Both the position numbers and the translations under genes were made by a program. Under the pieces are notes generated by a model. That model made no database searches. It was given only the letters and a program-made list of their open reading frames with translations, and was not told where the DNA came from. From an uncultured Myxococcales bacterium (GTDB lineage Bacteria; Myxococcota_A; UBA9042), in contig CAIPXZ010000327.1 in NCBI GenBank assembly GCA_903869075.1, positions 1-51,795 of the forward strand: DNA of 51,795 nt. Reading direction: 5' to 3'. Positions 45,746 through 51,795 of the stretch are shown here, piece by piece (positions within the stretch are counted from its first letter, which is position 1; every line of letters starts with the position of its first letter).

Positions 45746-45779
45746 GCCACTGCGCGGGCCACTGCGCGAACACTGGCGC
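45746..45779. promoter_or_regulatory. tandem direct repeats in the cotH / glycosidase-like divergent promoter
   Basis: GCCACTGCGCG (45746-45756) and GCCACTGCGCG (45758-45768) at 12-bp period, plus a degenerate third copy ACACTGGCGC (45770-45779). The whole intergenic region is only 120 bp. Confidence 0.35.
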
Positions 45780-45827
45780 CCGCCGCGCTCTTGCCGTATC
45801 TTGCGCCAACCCGCGGAGGGCGGGCGT

Positions 45828-48041
45828 ATGCCGCGTATTTGCCTCACCATTTCCCTGCTCGTTGCGGCACTGCTCAGCGCGTGTACGGACGTGCCTTCCG
45901 CCAGCCCGCCGCCGCCCATCGCCGCAGAATTCCGCGCCCACGGCGACTACTTTGAGATCAACCGCGGCGATGGCTGGCAGAAGTTCATCGTCAACGGCGT
46001 CGACTTGGCCGTCGCCAAGCCCGGCTATTATCCCGGCGATCTGGCGGCGCAGCGCGACGACTACGACCGCTGGCTGGCGGGGATCGCCGAGATGGGCGCC
46101 AACGTCATCCGCGTCTACACGCTGCATTACCCCGTGTTTTATCAGGCTTTTCGCGATTGGAACCTGAACCACCCGGACAAGCCGCTGTACCTGCTGCACG
46201 GTATCTGGCTGGATGAGCGCACCGACGGCGACTACATGACTGATTCGACTGTGCTTTTTGAGGAAGAGATCCGCTTGGACGTCGACGCGATCCACGGCAA
46301 CGTCGACATCGACCCGCGCTTTGGCAAGGCGTCCGGTCACTACGACGCCGACATCTCGCCGTGGCTGATGGCGTGGCTGCCGGGCGATGAGATGGACGGC
46401 AACCTCGTCGCCGTGTCGAACCAAAAGTGGGCGGGGTACAACGAGTACAATGGCCGCTACATCCGCATGAAGAAAGGCGGTTTGCCGTTGGAAGGCTGGG
46501 TCGCGCACGAGCTGGACACGGTGCTGAGCTACGAATTTGACCGCTACGGCGAATTCCGGCCGATCGGCTGGTCCAGCTGGCCGGCGCTCGACCCGATCCA
46601 CCACCCGACCGAGTCGCCGAATTTCGGCCAGGACGTCGTCGACTGTAACTTCGCGCAGTTCGACCTCGTGGCGCCGTACGACAAGGGCCTGTTCGCCAGC
46701 TACCACATCTACCCATTCAACCCGGAATTCATCATCTACGACCCGGGTTACGACAAGACGCTCGACGCCGCCGGCGCCGTCAACAGCTACCTCGGCTACA
46801 TGAAGGACTTGAAGGCGCACCACGCCGGCGTACCGGTGCTTGTCGCCGAATACGGCATCCCGTCCAGCCAGGGCGTGGCGCACATCAACCCGTACGCCTA
46901 CAACCACGGCGGCTACAGCGAGGCGGAACAGGCGGATGTTGTTTACGATTTGTACCACAGCTGCATGCAAGCCGGCATGGCCGGGACGGTCGCTTTCGAG
47001 TGGATCGACGAGTGGTTCAAGCGCACCTGGGTGACGACGCCGACGATGCTGCCGGCGGACAGCGGCCGGCTGTGGCTGGACGTGATGAGCCCGGAGGAAA
47101 ACTTCGGAATTCTCTCGTATTACCCGCTGCCCGGCTGGTCCAAGACCGTCGACGGCAAGCCCGACGATTGGAGCGCCCAGGACTTTGCGGCCGCGCAGCA
47201 GACACCCCAGCCCGGCGGCCTCGCGCACGTGCAGCTGGCGGCGGACCCGGCGTTCCTGTACCTGAGCATCCAGCTGGCCGATGACGCGACGCCGAACTTG
47301 AGCAAACTCTCGCTGCTGATTGGCATTTCGACGGCGGAGGGCGACACCGGCAACCACCTGCTGGGCGCGCTGACGACGCCGCAGGACACGACGCTGGCGA
47401 CCGACGGCTTCGGCTTTGAGTCGCTTGTGCTGCTGGACGGCGCGACCGATGAGCTGCGGATCGACGCCACCTACGACCCGATGCCGAAGATCAACGGCGC
47501 CAGCAAGGTCGGCGGCACGCCGGTGGCGACGACCGATGGGCAATTCCTGCTTGAAAATCAGCTGGTCAACAACAACGCGCAGTACCAGTCGATGGACGTG
47601 GAGTTCGACGGCAAGCAGTGGCCGCCGCCGCCGAAACAGTACCACGCCTGGGGCAAGCTGGTGGTCGGCGATGCGACGACGAACACGCTGGCGAACGTGC
47701 AGGTGGGGCCGCACGGCGTGCTGGAAATTCGCTTGCCGTGGCACGCGATTTGGGTGACCGACCCGTCCAGCCGCAGCATCTTGTGGGACGATCCGACGAC
47801 GCCGGACTGGGATGTGAAGGTCACCGAAGGCATTCGGATTTTCGTGGCGACGGCGCAGAAGTCCGGCGATCACTACCGGCTTGTGGACGCCGCGCCGCGC
47901 GACGCGGTGGCTGGCGGGACGCTCGTCGGCGCCAAGCTGCCGCTGTTTACGTGGCCGACCTGGAGCACCGTCAGCAACGTCGTCGAACGACGCAAGCCCT
48001 TGTTTTACGCGCTGAAGACCGCGTTCGCGGAGAACCCATGA
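45828..48041 (+). CDS. TIM-barrel (clan GH-A-like) glycoside hydrolase/transglycosylase-like lipoprotein
   Basis: 737 aa from ATG 45828 (GGAGGG upstream). Lipobox in MPRICLTISLLVAALLSA|CTD. Motifs GANVIRVYTLHYP, LLHGIWLDE, VLVAEYGIPSS and FEWIDEWFKRTW recall retaining (beta/alpha)8 glycosidases (GH72/GH5/GH2-like). The family is not resolved. Confidence 0.6.
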   Translation: MPRICLTISLLVAALLSACTDVPSASPPPPIAAEFRAHGDYFEINRGDGWQKFIVNGVDLAVAKPGYYPGDLAAQRDDYDRWLAGIAEMGANVIRVYTLHYPVFYQAFRDWNLNHPDKPLYLLHGIWLDERTDGDYMTDSTVLFEEEIRLDVDAIHGNVDIDPRFGKASGHYDADISPWLMAWLPGDEMDGNLVAVSNQKWAGYNEYNGRYIRMKKGGLPLEGWVAHELDTVLSYEFDRYGEFRPIGWSSWPALDPIHHPTESPNFGQDVVDCNFAQFDLVAPYDKGLFASYHIYPFNPEFIIYDPGYDKTLDAAGAVNSYLGYMKDLKAHHAGVPVLVAEYGIPSSQGVAHINPYAYNHGGYSEAEQADVVYDLYHSCMQAGMAGTVAFEWIDEWFKRTWVTTPTMLPADSGRLWLDVMSPEENFGILSYYPLPGWSKTVDGKPDDWSAQDFAAAQQTPQPGGLAHVQLAADPAFLYLSIQLADDATPNLSKLSLLIGISTAEGDTGNHLLGALTTPQDTTLATDGFGFESLVLLDGATDELRIDATYDPMPKINGASKVGGTPVATTDGQFLLENQLVNNNAQYQSMDVEFDGKQWPPPPKQYHAWGKLVVGDATTNTLANVQVGPHGVLEIRLPWHAIWVTDPSSRSILWDDPTTPDWDVKVTEGIRIFVATAQKSGDHYRLVDAAPRDAVAGGTLVGAKLPLFTWPTWSTVSNVVERRKPLFYALKTAFAENP

Positions 48042-49459
48042 ACTGGCGCCACTTTGCGTTGTTGGGCAGCTGCCTGTGCGCCGCGCCGGTCTGGGCGGCG
48101 ACGATCCCCAACGCCGGCTTTGAGCAGGCCAACGCCGACGGCGGCGCCGGTCCCGCCAGCTGGACGACCGACCAGTGGGGCGACGTCCAGGCCACCTTCA
48201 CCTGGACACTCGTCGGCCACAGTGGCCGCGGCGGGCGCGTGCAGGTGACCGCGTCGGGCGCGACCGGCGACGCCAAGTGGTGGGGCGTCGACTTCGCCGC
48301 CGATGGCCAGGACACGCTCTACCAGGTCAGCGACTGGTACCGCGCCGACGTGCCGACCGACCTGATCCTCTGGGTGCAGTTCGCCGACGGCACCGAGTCC
48401 TATCAGCCGGTCCTGACGCTGCCCGCCGCGGCGACCTGGACGCAGGCATCCGGGCCTGTGACGGTGCCGGCGGGTGCGCAGCGGCTGCGGGTGCTGCACG
48501 TGATCAGCCAGATCGGCAGCCTGGACATCGACGACGTCGCCTGCGTCGGCCAAAACGGCGGCGGCACGATTGGCACCGGCAAGTACAAAGCCACCGTCAC
48601 CTTCACCTTCGACGACGGCTGGCTCTCCGCCTACAACATGCTGATCCCGCGGCTGGAAAAGATGGGCTGGCGCGGCACCAACTTCATCATCACGACCTAC
48701 CCCGACAAGCCCGGCTACCAGTCCGACTACATTTTGTCCAAGGACGTGAAATCGCTGATGGATCGCTGCCACGAGGTCGCCAGTCACACCCTGACGCACC
48801 CGGACTTGGCGACGCTGACCGCGGCGCAGTGGACGTCCGAGATCACCGACCCGATCCCGACGCTGAAGGCTTGGGGCTCGGGCGTCTTCGGCATCGCGCC
48901 GCCCTATGGCTCGTACACGCAGCCGATCCTGGCGGCGATGGCCAAGCTGTACCCGTACATGCGGACGCTGCACCCGGACGTGAACCAGCCGCCGTACAAC
49001 CTCCACGAGCTGAACGGCCACGTGCTGACCAATATCTCGCAGAACAACGAGCTCGAGGAGCTGCTGACGCGCGCCGAGCAGATCGAGGACGGCTGGGTCA
49101 TCCTCGTGTTCCACCGCGCCTCGGCGGACGCGCCGAGCGACGCGTACGTGACGCCGGACCAGTTCCAGGGCTTCCTGGACCTCGTGCAAAAGCACGGCGC
49201 GAAGGTGGAGACGATCGCGCAGCATCTGGGGCTGCAGCAGTGCACGCCGTTGCCGACGCAGCCGACGCTCGTTGTGGGCGACAAGTCGCTGGACGCGCCG
49301 GCGGCGGCGACCTCAGCGACGGCGGAGGGCAGTTCCGGCACGGCTTCAGGCTGCAACGCGACGCCGCGACCCAACGCGATGTGGCCGCTGCTCGCGGGCG
49401 CGCTGGCGCTGCTGCGGGCGCGGCGGCGGGCGGCAAAGCCCAATGTGCGACCGGGCTAG
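48038..49459 (+). CDS. polysaccharide deacetylase (NodB) with N-terminal CBM4/9-like module and MYXO-CTERM-like tail
   Basis: 473 aa. ATGA overlap with the upstream gene. Signal peptide MNWRHFALLGSCLCAAPVWA, then a CBM-like TIPNAGFEQANADGG..W. NodB motifs TFTFDDGW and EVASHTLTH. C-terminus SGTASGCNATPRPNAMWPLLAGALALLRARRRAA (GC + hydrophobic helix + RRR). Confidence 0.85.
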   Translation: MNWRHFALLGSCLCAAPVWAATIPNAGFEQANADGGAGPASWTTDQWGDVQATFTWTLVGHSGRGGRVQVTASGATGDAKWWGVDFAADGQDTLYQVSDWYRADVPTDLILWVQFADGTESYQPVLTLPAAATWTQASGPVTVPAGAQRLRVLHVISQIGSLDIDDVACVGQNGGGTIGTGKYKATVTFTFDDGWLSAYNMLIPRLEKMGWRGTNFIITTYPDKPGYQSDYILSKDVKSLMDRCHEVASHTLTHPDLATLTAAQWTSEITDPIPTLKAWGSGVFGIAPPYGSYTQPILAAMAKLYPYMRTLHPDVNQPPYNLHELNGHVLTNISQNNELEELLTRAEQIEDGWVILVFHRASADAPSDAYVTPDQFQGFLDLVQKHGAKVETIAQHLGLQQCTPLPTQPTLVVGDKSLDAPAAATSATAEGSSGTASGCNATPRPNAMWPLLAGALALLRARRRAAKPNVRPG

Positions 49460-49470
49460 TCGGATTTAGC

Positions 49471-49499
49471 TTGGCACGCCGTCGGGCCTCCCCTACACT
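49471..49499 (+). promoter_or_regulatory. candidate sigma70-type promoter for the fdx-cyaY pair
   Basis: TTGGCA (49471-49476), a 17-nt spacer, then TACACT (49494-49499). The RBS-like GAGAGGA at 49523-49529 sits 8 nt before ATG 49538. Confidence 0.35.
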
Positions 49500-49537
49500 G
49501 CGCGCGCCGACCGCCTGCGGTCGAGAGGAACCAGCCC

Positions 49538-49942
49538 ATGGGCGGCATCAATCCCTACCACAAGTCCACGACAACGCCGCCGGCGTCGCGCCCGTTCACG
49601 GTGCGGCTCGCTGGCCACCCGACGCTGATTGAGGTCAAGCCGGAGCAGCTGCCGTTTGGCCGCGACGGTCGCCCGGGCTCGCTGCTGGACATCTTGCTGA
49701 ACGGTGCGCACGTGGCGATCGACCACGCGTGCGGCGGCGTCAATGCGTGCTCGACGTGCCACATCGTCGTCAAGGAAGGCCTCGCCAGCTGCTCGCCGGC
49801 GGATGAAGCCGAGGAGGACATGCTGGACACCGCGCCGGGCTTGACGCCGCAGTCGCGGCTGGCGTGCCAGTGCGTGCCCGACGGCAGCGCCAATTTAATC
49901 GTGGAAATCCCCAGTTGGAACCGCAACGCGGTCAAAGAGTAG
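49538..49942 (+). CDS. adrenodoxin/ISC-type [2Fe-2S] ferredoxin with N-terminal extension
   Basis: 134 aa. Cx5Cx2C in HACGGVNACSTCH plus a distal SRLACQC. About 25 extra N-terminal residues (MGGINPYHKSTTTPPASRPFTVRL..). Confidence 0.85.
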   Translation: MGGINPYHKSTTTPPASRPFTVRLAGHPTLIEVKPEQLPFGRDGRPGSLLDILLNGAHVAIDHACGGVNACSTCHIVVKEGLASCSPADEAEEDMLDTAPGLTPQSRLACQCVPDGSANLIVEIPSWNRNAVKE

Positions 49943-49948
49943 GTCCGC

Positions 49949-50269
49949 ATGGATGAGCGCACGTTTCGCCAGGTCGTTGACGGCATCTACACCAAGGTGC
50001 TCAAGCGCTTGGACGCCGAGGATCCGGACGTCGTCGAGGGCGAGATGAACGCCGGCGTCGTGCGCATCCGCGGCGGCGGCGGCCAGGTCTATGTGCTGAA
50101 CGTGCAGCCGCCGCTGCAGGAAGTGTGGGACGCGGCGGGCGATCGCGCCTGGCATTTCCAGTTCGCCGGCGATCGCTGGGTCGACCCGCGCAACGGCGAC
50201 GAACTCGGCGCGGTGCTGGCGGCGACCGTCAGCCGCATCGCCGGTCGGCCGGTGCATTTTGCGCTGTAG
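49949..50269 (+). CDS. cyaY: frataxin homologue CyaY
   Basis: 106 aa, aligning by eye to E. coli CyaY (..F..v.d.i....l..lD..D.D.. / GGV..I...G.......NRQ.PL.QVW.A....a.HF......W.D...G.EL...L). Confidence 0.8.
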   Translation: MDERTFRQVVDGIYTKVLKRLDAEDPDVVEGEMNAGVVRIRGGGGQVYVLNVQPPLQEVWDAAGDRAWHFQFAGDRWVDPRNGDELGAVLAATVSRIAGRPVHFAL

Positions 50270-50302
50270 ACGCCGCGCCAAGCCGTTCGCTACCATGCCG
50301 GC

Positions 50303-51795
50303 ATGAATTTGCCCACGCGCCCCACGCTTCGCCACCGTCTCCTCACCAGCCTCTGCCTAATCGCGTGTGCGCTCGCGCCCTTGCACGCGCGCGAGGCAGA
50401 CGCGTTTTCGGTCAATGTCCACCGCTTCATCACGGAGCGCGCGCTGCGCGGCAAGATGCCGACCGGCAACATGTCCGGGCTGCCGCAGGACTCGCTCGTC
50501 AAGTTCTGGGTGTGGATGGGCGAGTCCCTGTCGGTCGACGAGATGAAGGCCGACGATCTGGACGGCTGGCGCTTTCGCCATCATTTTCCAGTGCCGCGGG
50601 CGTTCAGCGCCACGTCCATCCGCATGTTCTTGGCGCTGAATTACGACCTGAACCACCACATCCGCGGCTTGGACACGGTCGACGGCTTGGACGGCACGGA
50701 GCGCTTTGACGCCCACATCCAGGGCTCCGCGTGGCCGGATTTGGACGGACGCAACCAGGACCGGATGATGCTCGACGGCCACGGGCAGCCGATGCACCTC
50801 GAGACGGGCGAGCTCGTGCCGTTCGACCCGATGACGCTGAACATGGGCGAAATGACTGGTCTTTCAAGCCAGGCGCACGCGCACTACCAGCTGGCGGCGG
50901 ACCATCCGTCGGACGAGGTGGCGGTGCTGCAGAACGAGCCGTGGAACTTCGTCATGGCCATCGGCTTTCCTGGACCGGTGCTGACCTACGCCGCGTGGAT
51001 GGCGCAGATGCACCTGGACGTGGCGACGCTGGCGGAGTTCTGGGGCCACAAGGCCATGACAAGCGCGTCGGAGCCGATCGAGATCGCGTGGATTGGCTCG
51101 GGCTTGCACTACGTCGAGGACGCCGCGGGGCCGCTGCACGCGGTGCAGGTTGGCAGCTACGCGCTGTTCAAGCGCGCCAAGCTTGCGTACTGGGCGGAAG
51201 CGGTCAAGAGCTGCGGCGGGTACTGCGGGGCGTTGCCGTCGTTCACCAAAATCGGCTTGAATTACCTGCACAACCACCACCTGATGGCGGAAGCTTGGCT
51301 GGAGGATCAGGTCTACAACGCCATCGCCGGCGGGCCAGCGCACCCGGAGATCGCCAAGGCGTGGGCGGCGATGGGCGAGGACGATCCGGAGCTGCTGGCG
51401 GCGCTGGGCGACAAGCTCAAGCCGTATCAGGCCGGGCCGACCAAGCCGGCGCCGTGGCAAGATGGCCGCGGTTTGGCCACGGTGCTGGTGGAGACCGAGG
51501 CGAAGCTGGCGTCACGCGATGGCGCGGCGCTGTACGAGGCGGCGCTGCTCGCGGGCGCGCCGACGCTGACCGCGCTGGGGACGTACCTGCCCGACGACGG
51601 CAGCTGGCACAAGGAATACCTGGGCGACGTCAACGATCCGCAGGTCAAGGCGGCGATCGACACGATGGCGCGGATCCAGGCCAAGTCCCTGCGGCGGGCG
51701 GCGACGGCGGTGCGGATCTTCTACGACGCGCTGGAGACGGCGAGCATCGACGGCGCGGGGCGACGGCTGCGGCGCGCGTGTCTGGATAACCACGA
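50303..51795 (+). CDS. secreted protein, zinc-dependent phospholipase C / S1-P1 nuclease superfamily-like (partial, runs off window end)
   Basis: The frame is open from ATG 50303 to the window end and is not in the track because it has no stop. Signal peptide MNLPTRPTLRHRLLTSLCLIACALAPLHAREADA. The mature N-terminus FSVNVHRFITERAL and the internal GLHYVEDAAGPLHAV fit the H..I and H-[YF]-[LV]-x-D-x3-P-x-H metal-site pattern of that superfamily. Confidence 0.6.
   Translation, partial: MNLPTRPTLRHRLLTSLCLIACALAPLHAREADAFSVNVHRFITERALRGKMPTGNMSGLPQDSLVKFWVWMGESLSVDEMKADDLDGWRFRHHFPVPRAFSATSIRMFLALNYDLNHHIRGLDTVDGLDGTERFDAHIQGSAWPDLDGRNQDRMMLDGHGQPMHLETGELVPFDPMTLNMGEMTGLSSQAHAHYQLAADHPSDEVAVLQNEPWNFVMAIGFPGPVLTYAAWMAQMHLDVATLAEFWGHKAMTSASEPIEIAWIGSGLHYVEDAAGPLHAVQVGSYALFKRAKLAYWAEAVKSCGGYCGALPSFTKIGLNYLHNHHLMAEAWLEDQVYNAIAGGPAHPEIAKAWAAMGEDDPELLAALGDKLKPYQAGPTKPAPWQDGRGLATVLVETEAKLASRDGAALYEAALLAGAPTLTALGTYLPDDGSWHKEYLGDVNDPQVKAAIDTMARIQAKSLRRAATAVRIFYDALETASIDGAGRRLRRACLDNH

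Noticed and set aside
45708-47873. N-terminal 722 aa of the 1203-aa minus-strand ORF that contains the CotH-like gene
   Set aside because: That part is antisense to the glycosidase-like gene and is Arg-rich. A lipoprotein signal peptide with a GGAGGA RBS begins at 45707, so only 44262-45707 is called.
49472-49488. TGGCAC in the fdx upstream region as a possible sigma54 -24 element
   Set aside because: The -12 position (N5 after TGGCAC) reads CGGGC rather than TTGC(A/T). The same hexamer fits better as a sigma70 -35 (TTGGCA) with TACACT 17 nt downstream.
50125-51789. Track ORFs 50125-50709 (+), 50731-51789 (+) and 50864-51460 (-) as genes
   Set aside because: All are Arg/Gly/Pro-rich with no motifs. 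The stop-free frame starting at ATG 50303 gives a signal peptide and a natural protein sequence, and explains the region.

Overview
Very GC-rich bacterial chromosomal window with about 40 tightly packed protein genes. I saw no rRNA, tRNA, CRISPR array or recognisable IS/transposase by eye. A MYXO-CTERM-like tail, many lipobox proteins and giant Cys-rich 'CDDGNxCTxDxC' repeat proteins point to Myxococcota (inference). Layout: (i) 1-13.6 kb holds a PEPCK-like gene tail, a small lipoprotein, a six-PAS hybrid histidine kinase, a 953-aa lipoprotein, a radical-SAM + spermidine-synthase-like pair, a topoisomerase III with extra zinc ribbons, and a REC-HD-GYP regulator. (ii) 13.6-31.7 kb is a ferredoxin-centred energy block: one minus-strand operon korA-korB-nuoABCDHIJKLMN-ferredoxin (complex I without the NuoEFG NADH module), a diiron ferritin-like protein, and a divergent pyruvate:ferredoxin oxidoreductase. 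(iii) 31.8-40.8 kb holds two giant Cys-rich repeat lipoproteins (one with two beta-propeller-like modules) flanking a LysR regulator, plus a TPR/Pro-rich protein. (iv) 41-49.5 kb holds an operon of CotH-like protein, HHxxxDG acyltransferase, small membrane protein and GMC oxidoreductase, divergent from a TIM-barrel glycosidase-like lipoprotein and a CBM+NodB deacetylase with a MYXO-CTERM-like tail. (v) 49.5-51.8 kb holds a [2Fe-2S] ferredoxin-CyaY pair and a secreted PLC/P1-nuclease-like protein that runs off the window. Most long ORFs opposite these genes are GC-driven shadow ORFs. The best candidates for something new are the kor-nuo-fdx super-operon, the LysR-centred Cys-rich lipoprotein locus, and the CotH/acyltransferase/GMC plus glycan-remodelling island. 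All family assignments come from motif recognition by eye; no searches were run. Start codons were chosen by hand from the ORF track and are less certain than stops.
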